IMG/VR virus record: IMGVR_UViG_3300025519_000001
Location: 1-64,000 of that record
DNA length: 64,000 nucleotides
Source: a virus
Reading direction: 5' to 3' (one strand)
A program made the translations under genes and the position numbers. Below, in pieces: positions 45,130 to 56,235 of this stretch. Each line of letters opens with the position of its first letter. Position 1 is the stretch's first letter. The notes under the pieces were generated by a model that was not told the origin of the DNA, searched no databases, and saw only the letters and a list, made by a program, of their open reading frames with translations.

Positions 45130-45417
45130 ATGCAAAAAACAAAAGTAGTTAATAAACACCACAAAGTTCCCTATGACATCTATATAGGTCGAGGATCAAA
45201 ATGGGGAAACCCATTCTCACATATGGACGGTACAAAAGCAAAATATAAAGTTGAAACCAGAGAAGAAGCAATTGAAAAATATCGTGAATGGATTATGCAG
45301 CAACCAGAATTATTGAACAGTCTACACGAATTAAAAGGCAAGACACTATGTTGCTTCTGTAAACCAAAACCATGTCACGGAGATATTTTAGCTGAATTGG
45401 CGGATAAGTTGCCATAA
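45130..45417 (+). CDS. DUF4326 domain protein
   Basis: YIGRGSKWGNPF...LKGKTLCCFCKPKPCHGDIL. Confidence 0.9.
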   Translation: MQKTKVVNKHHKVPYDIYIGRGSKWGNPFSHMDGTKAKYKVETREEAIEKYREWIMQQPELLNSLHELKGKTLCCFCKPKPCHGDILAELADKLP

Positions 45418-48199
45418 AAGTGTTTATGGTGGATTCCAATAAAAGATTGCATTAGTGGAGGTTATATACATGGTAAAACAAAAAGTATTGGGAAAAATTA
45501 CCCATGCAGAATTTGGACAGTATCCAGACAGACCATTTTTGTTTGGTTTACAGCTTTGTTTTGAATTTCCTAGTAGTGGGGTTGGTGATGGAGGAAGATA
45601 CGCGGTTAATATTAGTCCTGAATGCAGATGGGAAAAGTCAGAACGACAACAAGCAATCACTATAATGATTGAGCATGTGAATAAGATATTAACTGATGCT
45701 AAAGTAAATTATGTTTCTCAATTAAAGGGAAAGCCAGTTGAAGTAACGCTAGAAGGTAATATGTTTAAAGATTTTAGGATTTTGACTGAAGTATTGTGAT
45801 TATAGGAGGGGATTAAATATGCACTCATATATAGGTTTTCTTGCAGCAGAATTATATGCTGAAATTTCAGGAATGAATGCTGAAAATATGCAACGACAAG
45901 TATTAAGTCAATCGATGGCTTATACTGAGGAACAATATTTTAATGTACTTCAGGGCTATCGAGAGAAGTTAAAACAATACGAAGAAAATATGATGAGAGC
46001 ATCAAGCCGCTAGATAAAGTTATTCCATTGCGCGGTTCGATTACTAAGCGAAAGGAGAATAAAAATGGATAAATATAAACAATTAAATCTTGCACTTGAT
46101 CTACTCGAAATGATCGTCATTAAGAGTAAAAAATTAAATTTTGCATTCGAAAATAAAATTGATACTTGTGACTATTTTGATGATATTCTTGATAAAGTTT
46201 GGGACTTGGTAGGAGAAATGTCTGGAGTAGATGGCGATTATCGTGATGCAGTTTACGATACGTTATTCCAATTTCAAAATAAGGATATTGACAGGAATCA
46301 GTTTTTCGATGAACTTAGGGAGATTGTTAGCGAGATGGAAAGGGATATGCGAGGTTTAAATGAGTCCATTTAAGAAATTACTTGAATTAGCAAAATCTCA
46401 TGAAGAAAAAGAAGGATTCTCAAAAATGATTCAGATGATGCTTTGTCTAAGAAAACATGAAAGGTTAAGGAGTATAATAAAATGAATAAATATTGTCCGT
46501 GTTGTGGGCAGGAAATTATTCGAGAAATTAATATTGGTGATTATGTTTTGGTTAATAGAAATGTAGATAGTATATACAGTAAATACATTGGTAGACAAGG
46601 AAACATTGTTGATAAAAATGATGATAACTCATATACCGTTAGACTTCCAGAAGAAGATATTTATATTTTTGACCATGAATTTGATTTAATCTAACAATGA
46701 AACGATTATTTCACGAGGGGACGAGAGAAGATGATTATTATTGTATCAATTTATTTATTAACAGTTTTACTATCAATTTTACTTTTTAGGAAAGTCATTC
46801 AGAAAGTAGAGTATGCGCCTGTTGGATTTGCGTTATTTGTAAGCCTAATTCCAATTATAAATTTGCCTAGTGCAATAATTATATTTTTGTCAGAAGTTGG
46901 TGACATTGACGTATGGTTGAAAAGGTATATATTCTTTATTAAAGATTAAAAATTCATTTTTATGAAGGGACGAGATAATCATTATTCCATTAATCGGAGA
47001 ATCTTATGTTTATACAGGGAAAGATAATGAATGTCACAAAAACGGTCATACGTATTATGTCATTGAAACAGGACAGCATTGGAATAAAGAATACGGTTCT
47101 GGTATTTGGATGACGACAGAAGAATATCCGAATACTACAGATATTGATTATGGGTGTTTTTGGGGTATAGGTTCATTCAAAAAGAATTTTCGGAAATATT
47201 AAGATGATTAAACTATTCTTTTAGAAGTTGATAAAAAAGATATGAAAATTGAATATTTATTTTGTATAAAGGAGAAATGCTAATGCCAATTATAACAAAA
47301 GACAATGTAAAATATCTTCAATTCGGCTACGGAGATATTTTTGTAGGAGATGCAAAAGATAAAGAAACTGGAAAAGTATTTGGCGCAGTTTTCATTCAAT
47401 CTGAGCCTAGAGACATTGGAGTCTATATTGAGAATACAGAAGGGCGGCTATTAGACGAATTGGATACTCATGTGATAATGCAATTTGATGATATTAAATC
47501 GTTAGATGTAGTAATTGAAGTATTGCAAGAAATTAGAAATGAAATGCAAATGCAGGGTATTGGATATTAATTACATAAGAAAAAAGTATGTTCAAATCTG
47601 TGTTTTGTGGAGGGAGTAAATGAAAATTATTACACTTAGAACTGTAGACAAGGACGGAAATATTGTTAAAGAATCTAGTTTACATTTGAAAGAAGGGTCG
47701 ATTCTAGTGATGCGTCCTCCCGAAGAGATGGGATCTTCTGATATTGGAAAATTACACGAATGTATGTCAAAAGCATTGGAAGCAGATATGCCATTTATTA
47801 CCGTAAATCCCAGAATTAAATTTCAGATACTAGAAGTTCAATGAAGATTAAAAGTAAAAATTGTGAAGGGAAATTATTAGAAGAGTGTATATGACAAAGT
47901 ATCATACAAAACCACAACGAGTTCGGTTTAAGTCTCAAAGAGAAATTGTCGATGAACAAAGACAAGAGAGAATAGAAATACTCAGTAAACTGTATGAAAA
48001 AGAAAAGTTAAATTTTTTTTCAAACGTCCTAACCTTTGAGTGGAGTGAATTAGATGGTAAGATACTTCAAATTCATGTTGTCGAATCCAAAGACGAATTA
48101 ATTGTTTTTGGAATAAATTCTGATGGGAAGTGCTATGTACTGTATAGCAAAGTCATTCCAGAATGTGATTAATTCATGGGAATTGGGAGCGTGAAATAA

Positions 48200-49033
48200 A
48201 TAGTAAAACTACAACCTGTAATTAAATGGACTGGAAGCAAAAGAAGTCAGGCTGATTATATTGTAAGTAAGTTTCCAAGAGTGATTGAAACTTATTATGA
48301 ACCTTTTGTCGGTGGAGCAAGTGTATTATATAAACTTCTACATACTGATATAAAAGTGAAAAATGATTATATATGTAGTGATATAAATAGTGATTTAATC
48401 TCTCTGTGGAATGCGATTAAAGATTTTCCTAAAGACTTAATAGATGCATATTTTGAAATGTGGAATGAATTAAATCGTGATAATTATATTGAACGAAGAA
48501 AAGAATATTTTTATTCGATTAGGAGGAGATTTAACCAACATCGAGAGCCAAGTGATTTCTTATTTCTAAGCAGAACTTGTACAAATGGTTTAATACGATA
48601 TAACTCTAAAGGCGAATTTAATACATCGTTGCATTTTACTCGTACAGGAATTATGCCAGAATCTCTAGCACAAATAATTATAGATTGGCATAATAAGTTG
48701 AATAAATTTGATGTTCAATTTATTTGTAGAGATTATCAAACAGTTATTACAAAAGAAAATGATTTTATTTATCTAGATCCTCCATATGCAGGAACAAAAG
48801 GGGTGTATTACGGAAGTATTAATTATGAATCAATGTGGGAGTGGTTACGAAAACAAAAAGGAAATTATATTTTGAGTTTCAATGGTACTTGCGGTAATGA
48901 GAACAGAACTTTTGATGTTCCCAAAGATATATATAATGAGCATGATTATTCATATAGTGGATGCAGTAGCTTTAAGAGAATTAAAGAAAAGGGAACACAA
49001 TACGTAAACGAAAGTTTATACATAAAATTATGA
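48200..49033 (+). CDS. Dam-like (D12 class) DNA adenine methyltransferase; inferred ATA start
   Basis: PVIKWTGSKR, YEPFVGGAS and YLDPPY motifs; the conserved N-terminus lies upstream of the first GTG and is bounded by an in-frame TAA at 48197. Confidence 0.9.
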   Translation: MVKLQPVIKWTGSKRSQADYIVSKFPRVIETYYEPFVGGASVLYKLLHTDIKVKNDYICSDINSDLISLWNAIKDFPKDLIDAYFEMWNELNRDNYIERRKEYFYSIRRRFNQHREPSDFLFLSRTCTNGLIRYNSKGEFNTSLHFTRTGIMPESLAQIIIDWHNKLNKFDVQFICRDYQTVITKENDFIYLDPPYAGTKGVYYGSINYESMWEWLRKQKGNYILSFNGTCGNENRTFDVPKDIYNEHDYSYSGCSSFKRIKEKGTQYVNESLYIKL

Positions 49034-50709
49034 TGAAATTTCATTTTTAGGGGAGTATCAAAATATGAATAAAAAAGTTCAAATCATTGAACATAAACCA
49101 ACAGGAACATTTTGGGTCAATGATTCTAATTGGCAAATACGTATCAAAGAAGAAGCATACAATCTAGGAGAGATTGAGTACGATACAGAGGATGTTTTTG
49201 CTGTTAAAGAGTATATGCATAAGATTGGATATGAATTATGTAGAAGAAAAGAACTACCTATGTCCATTTTAGGTTTAAGTAAATTAACCCCAGAAGAACT
49301 AAAAGAAATGATTGATAAAGCGAAAAACAACGAGGAAAAAGTATTGATCAGTTTAGAATAAAAATAAAATTATTCTTTCATGGAGGAGTGGGGTGAAGTA
49401 TTTGAAAGATATATTGATTAAAATTGATCAAAATTGCGAAATGCTTGAAATCTACGAAGGTGAAAAACGTTTGTTCGTCGGTAATTATTGGGATTTTAAT
49501 CGACCAAATGATATTGTAAAACTGTTAGGCAAACTGGGACATAATGTGGTAGTACAAGAATATAAATTCGAATGAAATCTGTATTTCATGGGGGTTAGCA
49601 TAGAAATGAAAGAACATAGTAGACGAAAATCACTAAATACGCATGAGGCAAGATTGCGTAGCGAATTGCTTGAGTATGTGGAGATCATTAAGACGATCCT
49701 TGATAGGAGTTATGGGAAAGAAGTTGTCTTTTACGAAGATGGAAGGTGGTATTCCAGAGATCATTGTAGGTATATCAGCATAGATGAACTAGCGGAGTAC
49801 ATATATGATGTAACTAAGCGTAGTAGTGCATATTAAAGTTGGTAATCACCCTTTAAAATGGAATTTGGCAAAGAAATACTGTTTGTTAATAATAAGATTG
49901 TGCTCGTAAAATGACAATAAAAACTATCCATTTTATTAAGAAGGGGCGAGTTAGGTGAAAGAAGATTTAGTTGATTATATCAAACAAAAGATTTCACAAG
50001 CAGAGAAGAAGGTCACTTTTTACGAAGAGGGACATGGCGATAATCCAACAGAAACGTATGGCTATTATGGTGGATGGAGATTAGGTTATTGGGAAGGTAG
50101 AATTGCTGCCTTCGAAGATATTTTGTTTAAAATCGAAGCTGGTAAATAAAAGTTTATATCTTATAAGGAGAAAGATAAATGAAAGTTTATATTGTAACTT
50201 CTGGTTGTTACTCAGAATATCGTATTGAGAAAGTGTTCACGAATAGAGAAAAAGCAGAGAAATACGTTTTATTCCATTCGGGCGGATATGATGAACCAAA
50301 AATTGAGGAATATGAAACAGAAGGAGATTTTGATTTTTATCAAATCAAATACTTTTATGCGCGGTATGAAGTGGATGAAGGAGAAGAAAAATTTCATATG
50401 AATTTTAATTTCACAACATCACTAGACACATCAGAAGAAGAAGCATCAGACACATATTATTTCGAATATTCGAGAGATCATAAGTGCTTAATTATCAAGC
50501 GTGTCATACGAAGTGAATCATATGACGAATCCGCTCTTGAAAATAAATACAAGCAAGTGTGTCGGGATTTGTATTCAAAAATTAAATCTCTAAGGGAAAT
50601 CGAAGGGTGGGACGAAAAGATGGTTCAAAAGTGGCTGAATGAAAACGCTAAAAAATATGTTCCTGAATTTGAATGAAAACGTGATTTTATTTTAAAAGGA
50701 GAATGATAA

Positions 50710-51225
50710 ATGGCAAGTCTATATACATTAGCAAGTCAATACGCTGAACTTGAGAACCTAGCAAATGATACGTTAGAAAATGATGAAGGGGTAGATGAAG
50801 ACACTCTTCAGATGTTCATCGATACGCTCGATGCTATTCAAGATAGTATGGAGAGCAAAATTGAGAACATCGGAAAATTCATTAAGAATTTGGAAGGCGA
50901 TATTGCGGCGTTTAAGGCCGAAGAAAAGCGTCTTTCCGCTCGTCGTAAAGCAATGGAAAATAAAGTGGAGCGACTTAAGACGTACACAAAAGAAATGCTT
51001 GAGTTGGCTGGAAAAGAAAAAATTCAGGCAGGTATTTTTAATGTAAGATTGCAAAAGAACAATCCATCTGTTGTAATTTTAGACGAATCTAAGATTCCTG
51101 AACAGTATCGTATTAAGCAACCTGATAAAATCGCCAATGCCGAGATTCTAAAGGCTCTGAAAGAAGGACGAACGGTTGCAGGTGCAACACTTGCACCAGA
51201 ATCAAAACATATTCGTTTCAGTTAA
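50710..51225 (+). CDS. Siphovirus Gp157 family protein
   Basis: MASLYTL...DTLDAI...KAEEKRL...LQKNNPSV...IPEQY. Confidence 0.9.
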   Translation: MASLYTLASQYAELENLANDTLENDEGVDEDTLQMFIDTLDAIQDSMESKIENIGKFIKNLEGDIAAFKAEEKRLSARRKAMENKVERLKTYTKEMLELAGKEKIQAGIFNVRLQKNNPSVVILDESKIPEQYRIKQPDKIANAEILKALKEGRTVAGATLAPESKHIRFS

Positions 51226-51245
51226 AGTAAAAATTGCAAGAGTTA

Positions 51246-51275
51246 TTGACTTTTAAAAGTAAAAAATGATATATT
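51246..51275 (+). promoter_or_regulatory. Sigma-A promoter of the replication operon
   Basis: TTGACT-18-TATATT with extended TG; followed by a 5' hairpin at 51292-51321. Confidence 0.7.
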
Positions 51276-51350
51276 TAAATAGAACCTTTATGGCGTCATC
51301 TAAAGTGTTTTGGATGACGCTCATTATAAATTAATAAGGGGGTATCAACT

Positions 51351-51773
51351 ATTTTTGCTTACATAAAGGGAGAAGATGAGCATTTTGTATTCGAGCGCTT
51401 TTCAAATCGAAAAGACGCAAATGCATGGTTACAAGAAGAATTAAAATTATATTGTATTTGTTATGATAAATCAAATGTTGAATATGACGTTCTGACAGAT
51501 AGAGAATTTAAAAAGAAGTTTTCTGACGGTGATTATTTAAAGTATCTATCTTGGAGAAGGCTTGGAAATCAATTAAGATGGAGAATTAAAGAATCACATA
51601 ATTCGGAAACAGAGCCACAATTGATTTCGGATCAGGATGTTTTAATGGACTCACGCGGAAGCATAATGAACCACCAGAAACTAAGACAACTATATTTGGA
51701 CAGACGCGGGAAAAACACGCCCGAAATGTCGCACAGTGAACTTATTAATGACGTGACTGGAGATGAATATTAA
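51351..51773 (+). CDS. 140-aa hypothetical protein with ATT start (missed by ORF track)
   Basis: Open frame translated by hand; RBS AAGGGGGT about 7 nt before ATT. Confidence 0.65.
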   Translation: MFAYIKGEDEHFVFERFSNRKDANAWLQEELKLYCICYDKSNVEYDVLTDREFKKKFSDGDYLKYLSWRRLGNQLRWRIKESHNSETEPQLISDQDVLMDSRGSIMNHQKLRQLYLDRRGKNTPEMSHSELINDVTGDEY

Positions 51774-51798
51774 GAATGACTGCGGGTGGTGATTAAAA

Positions 51799-52404
51799 AT
51801 CGCACGTCCAGTTAAATGTAGGTCATGTTTGCAGTTTGATGATAAAACCAAAATGATCAAAACAGAAAAAGATGGATATTTTCACGAAGGAGAATGTTAT
51901 CAAAAATATCTCGATCATAAAGAATTTACAAAAAAAGAAAACGAGGAATGGGACGAATTATATCAATATATAAAGAAATTACATAATGTAGTGGTTGTAC
52001 CACCAGCAAATGTTGTACGACTACAAGCTCTTAGGAACGGAAATGACCTTAAGAAAGGAAAACCATACAAGCGTTATAAGATGGGTGCAGAATATTCATT
52101 AATGTTAGAAGCGTATTTGCTTGCGGAAGATGAGATAAAAAAAAGTATAGCTACAAAATTAAAAGATAGTAATGATGTTAGTGCAATTAATTATTGTATT
52201 TCTATTATGACTAATAAACTAAACCAGGCATGGAAAAATAGACAAAAAGCAAAAGAAGCGAAAGAAGAAAATAAAAAATTAGAAAGGAAAATAGAAGAAA
52301 TGTCAGATGTAGTAAAAAAAATGAGAGAGGTTCAGCAAAATTTGATTTCCGTTTCTAAAAACAATGACGAAAATGAAATAGATATTACGACGCTACTTGA
52401 TTAA
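51799..52404 (+). CDS. YorH-like replication protein with N-terminal CxxC; inferred ATC start
   Basis: (M)ARPVKCRSC...YFHEGEC; RBS GGTGGTGA; in-frame TGA at 51790; directly upstream of the helicase. Confidence 0.6.
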   Translation: MARPVKCRSCLQFDDKTKMIKTEKDGYFHEGECYQKYLDHKEFTKKENEEWDELYQYIKKLHNVVVVPPANVVRLQALRNGNDLKKGKPYKRYKMGAEYSLMLEAYLLAEDEIKKSIATKLKDSNDVSAINYCISIMTNKLNQAWKNRQKAKEAKEENKKLERKIEEMSDVVKKMREVQQNLISVSKNNDENEIDITTLLD

Positions 52405-53956
52405 TATAGAAGGGGGGGGGATTTTTATTCAAGACGTTACAGAGTCTAAAATTAAAGATATAGCAACTGAATTACTTGTATTGGGCAGTTTGTATACCAA
52501 TCATGATTTACTTTTGGAATATGGTGAATTACTAAAAGAACAATATGATTTTTCAGAACCAACTACAAAATTTTTGTTTAACTCTATAAGCGAGTTACAT
52601 TATCAATATCCTGACACAGAAATTACAGAAACCAAAGTAAACATATACATGAATCAAGATCCAGAGCGAAAAAAGAAATATGATGCCTTAAAGGGATATT
52701 CCTACATAGAACGTATCAAAAAGCTTGTTGATTTAAATGATTTTCCTACATACTACGAAAAATTAAAAAAGTTTTCATTGTTACGTGAATATGAACGCAA
52801 AGGATTTCCTGCACAAAAAATTTACGAAAAGAATAATTTCGAAAAATTAACTTGTGAAGATATTGTTCGGGCAATGGAATACCAAGCTTCAAAAATAGGA
52901 ACTATAATTGGTGGTTTAAAAGAAAGTATTATCTTAGGTAAGAATATGGTTTCAAAAGTTGCCCAATGGAAGCAAAAACCCGATGTTGGACTATCAATAC
53001 CTTTTGAAATCATTAACATGCTTATGCGTGGTTTAAGAAACAAAAAGCTTACAATGTTCGGAATGCATTCGGGGTGTGGTAAATCAAGGACTACATCAAA
53101 GATTGCTTGTTACTTAGGCATTCTTCATCAAATTCCTGTTTGGGTAGGGGCAAACGAACAAGATGAAGATGAATGGGATGCAATGGTTATTAGTTGTGTT
53201 ATTAATAATCCCGAATTTGGATTTCAAAATGAGTTATATCGTCGAGGGTTAAATGGAATTGATGAAACTAAAATTGTAACTGGTGCTTACAATGAACTTG
53301 AAGAAGAAGTAATTTTAATGGCTGCTGAATTTATTGAGAAAAATAGCAAGATATATTTCTCTGAACTTGAATCGTTCAGCGAGAATGATATTAGACGTGA
53401 AATTAAGATTCATCAACTAAAGGGCTGTCAGCTTGCAATATACGATACAATGAAAGCCCCTGATCATGATTGGATGTCTTTTGTAAAAACAGCAGATATG
53501 TTAAAGGAAATCGCAAAGAAACTTAATATCCCTATCTGGACTACATTTCAATTAACCGATGATAGTTTGTTTAACGAATTACTTACAAGTCAAGCCATTG
53601 CAAATGGCAAACACATTAAACACGTAGCAGATCATCTTTTAATGGCACGACCGTTATTTGGAGATGAATATGATAAATATAAAATATTAAATCCAAATGG
53701 TTTTTCTGGAACTGAGCAATTAAATTTAAGACGTGATGAAACTTATTATGTTGTATTTGTTGATAAGAATCGTGGAGGAAAAGACAAGGATCGAATTTGT
53801 TTAAGAGTTGATAAAGGAAAAAATATGTGGATTGAAGAAGGTTATTTAATTCTCTCCGAGGACGAAAAGGAATTAAAAAGGATTAAACGTGAACACAAAA
53901 AATTAAAACAAGAAAAAGAGGTACGTAAACTCAAAGCGGAACTTGGGAAGGAATAG
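52397..53956 (+). CDS. DnaB-like replicative helicase (YorI-like); likely start ATT 52427
   Basis: Walker A HSGCGKSR, IYDTMK, TTFQL, DKNRGG. Confidence 0.9.
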   Translation: MINIEGGGIFIQDVTESKIKDIATELLVLGSLYTNHDLLLEYGELLKEQYDFSEPTTKFLFNSISELHYQYPDTEITETKVNIYMNQDPERKKKYDALKGYSYIERIKKLVDLNDFPTYYEKLKKFSLLREYERKGFPAQKIYEKNNFEKLTCEDIVRAMEYQASKIGTIIGGLKESIILGKNMVSKVAQWKQKPDVGLSIPFEIINMLMRGLRNKKLTMFGMHSGCGKSRTTSKIACYLGILHQIPVWVGANEQDEDEWDAMVISCVINNPEFGFQNELYRRGLNGIDETKIVTGAYNELEEEVILMAAEFIEKNSKIYFSELESFSENDIRREIKIHQLKGCQLAIYDTMKAPDHDWMSFVKTADMLKEIAKKLNIPIWTTFQLTDDSLFNELLTSQAIANGKHIKHVADHLLMARPLFGDEYDKYKILNPNGFSGTEQLNLRRDETYYVVFVDKNRGGKDKDRICLRVDKGKNMWIEEGYLILSEDEKELKRIKREHKKLKQEKEVRKLKAELGKE

Positions 53957-53970
53957 GGAAGTGATTCGAA

Positions 53971-54984
53971 ATTGATGCTCAAGTCCTGAAGGAAAAAATT
54001 AAAGAAGACGATAAGGTAGAACTTATTTTAGAAGCATTAGGTTGCCATCACATTAAGCGAAGCAAAAATTGTTTTACTGCTGCTAATCCAGACGGAGATA
54101 ATAAAACGGCAATTAATGTTTTTTATGATACATTAGTTACACTTAACCACACAAGATCCGATTTTCCAGAGAGAGCAAGCATTATCGATCTTGTGTGCTA
54201 TATAAAAAAAATATATTTTACTCATGCTATTAATTGGATTTGCGAGGTTTGTGGATATGATTTTTATGATTCTACATATAAAGAAGAAGAGCTAGATCCA
54301 TGCTTGCTAATACTTGATCAAATAGAAGCATCAAGTTATAAACAACAAGAGTTTCCGTTATTAAAACATAACAATAAGATCCTTCTTGAATATATAGATT
54401 ATCCTAATAGTTGGTTTATCGAAGAAGGTATTTCTTATGATGTTCAAAAAATGTTTGAAGTCGGTTTTTCTAAAAGAGACGATTGTATAACGCTTCCTAT
54501 ACGGGATGAACTAGGAAACCTTGTGGGAGTAAAAGGGAGGACAATTCTTCATGATGATGGTGGAAGAAAGTATTGGTATATATATCCTGTTCCCAAAAGT
54601 AAAATATTATACGGACTTGATAAGTCGTTAAAATTTATCAAAGAACAAGGTGAAGTTATTGTTTATGAGTCAGAAAAAAGTGTGTTAAAGTCATGGTCAA
54701 TGGGTTTTTGTCATTGTGTGAGTATTGGCGGTCATGAAATTAGCGACACTCAAGTTCTAAAACTTGAGAAATTAGGTGTTGATATTATTCTGGCATTTGA
54801 TAAAGATATTTCTCCAAAGGAAGTAAAAAAACAAGCAGATAAATTTATTTTAAAAGATTCTCTTTATGCGATTATTCCCAATAAGCACAAAGCTTTATTG
54901 GGCGAAAAAGATGCTCCAGTTGATCGAGGAATAGATGTTTTTATTAAGCTCTATACAGAAGATAAATATAAAATACCGAAATGA
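53971..54984 (+). CDS. DNA primase (TOPRIM, YorJ-like); inferred ATT start
   Basis: ITLPIRDELGNLVGVKGRT, LYGL, VYESEKSV, LAFDKD; frame open back to ATT 53971 after an in-frame TGA. Confidence 0.9.
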   Translation: MDAQVLKEKIKEDDKVELILEALGCHHIKRSKNCFTAANPDGDNKTAINVFYDTLVTLNHTRSDFPERASIIDLVCYIKKIYFTHAINWICEVCGYDFYDSTYKEEELDPCLLILDQIEASSYKQQEFPLLKHNNKILLEYIDYPNSWFIEEGISYDVQKMFEVGFSKRDDCITLPIRDELGNLVGVKGRTILHDDGGRKYWYIYPVPKSKILYGLDKSLKFIKEQGEVIVYESEKSVLKSWSMGFCHCVSIGGHEISDTQVLKLEKLGVDIILAFDKDISPKEVKKQADKFILKDSLYAIIPNKHKALLGEKDAPVDRGIDVFIKLYTEDKYKIPK

Positions 54985-55308
54985 AGGATGGTTAAATTAA
55001 ATTATGGCAACAGGACATTGGGAATGTTTGTATTGTGAAAGTGTTTCAAAGCCTCGCAAAGTTAAAGGCGAATTAGTATGCAGAAATTGTAACGCTCCGT
55101 GGGAAGAAGCAATTTGGGTAGAAGATGTTGAAGATGAAAGTGAAAATGAAGAATAAAGAAAAGTAGAAATAAAAGTAAATTAGAACACTACATATTGATT
55201 GTTTAGTGTTAAATGAATCTATATATTGATACAAAAAGTGCATGAAACTGTGGTTTCATAAGATTGTATGGGGTGGCCTTATGCTACCCCAAAAAGGAGA
55301 GTGATTAA

Positions 55309-56235
55309 TTGGGACTAAATGTTTTAAGTTTGTTTGATGGAATGTCATGCGGACAAATTGCTTTAGAGCGTGCAGGGATCGGAGTTAGTACATATTACGC
55401 AAGTGAAATTGAAAAATCAAGTATAAAAATTACCCAAAAGAATTATCCAAATACAATTCAACTTGGAGATGTGACCAAACTTAATAAAGAAAAACTATTA
55501 TCGTTAGGAAAAATTGACTTACTTATTGGTGGTAGTCCATGTCAAAATTTAACGATAACCACCATTGATCGTCCCGAACACAACCAAGGATTAGATGGAA
55601 AAAAGTCAAGGCTGTTTTGGGAATATGTAAGAATTCTTCAAATTGTTAATCCAACATATTTTCTATTGGAAAACGTTGAAAGCATGTCGAAGGAAGATAG
55701 AGATATTATTACCGAAGAGCTTGGAGTTGAACCAATAATGATTGATAGTGCATTAGTTTCAGCCCAAGAGCGTAAAAGGTATTACTGGACAAATATCAAA
55801 AGAATCCAACAACCCAAAGATAAAGAAATTGTAATTAAGGATATTTTGGAATCAAGTGTTAATGAAAAGTATTACTACAATCAATCATATGATTTCTATG
55901 GTTTAGATAAAAAAGTTGTGGCAAAACTTCATTTAAATACTCACGATCTTCTTAAACGAGTTTACAATATTGAGGGTAAATGTGCTACATTGACAGCTTG
56001 CAGGGGAGGATATAAACAAAAGAAAATCTATCTTCCAGACGAAAAACGTATTCGAAGATTAACGCCACTTGAATATGAACGCCTTCAAACTGTTCCTGAT
56101 GGATATACAGAAGGAGTAGCAGAAGGACATCGTTACAATATGCTTGGTGATGGATGGACTGTTGATGTAATTGTACATATTTTCAATGCATTAAAATGTG
56201 AATTATTAAAAAATAAAAATGAAATGAAAGTATAA
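55309..56235 (+). CDS. DNA (cytosine-5) methyltransferase, orphan
   Basis: SLFDG, GGSPCQ, LLENV, QERKRYYW, RRLTPLEYERLQ, LGDGW. Confidence 0.95.
   Translation: MGLNVLSLFDGMSCGQIALERAGIGVSTYYASEIEKSSIKITQKNYPNTIQLGDVTKLNKEKLLSLGKIDLLIGGSPCQNLTITTIDRPEHNQGLDGKKSRLFWEYVRILQIVNPTYFLLENVESMSKEDRDIITEELGVEPIMIDSALVSAQERKRYYWTNIKRIQQPKDKEIVIKDILESSVNEKYYYNQSYDFYGLDKKVVAKLHLNTHDLLKRVYNIEGKCATLTACRGGYKQKKIYLPDEKRIRRLTPLEYERLQTVPDGYTEGVAEGHRYNMLGDGWTVDVIVHIFNALKCELLKNKNEMKV

Larger units (their letters stand above)
40282..48172 (+). other. Array of about 20 small hypothetical genes, including membrane protein 40865-41389, conserved phage protein 41912-42268, Cys-rich 43276-43584 and an ATC-start ORF 46978-47202
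   Basis: ORF track, RBSs, palindromes. Confidence 0.7.

Noticed and set aside
52412-52420. Poly-G tract as a phase-variation switch
   Set aside because: It sits at the RBS position of the inferred helicase start, so slippage would not shift the frame
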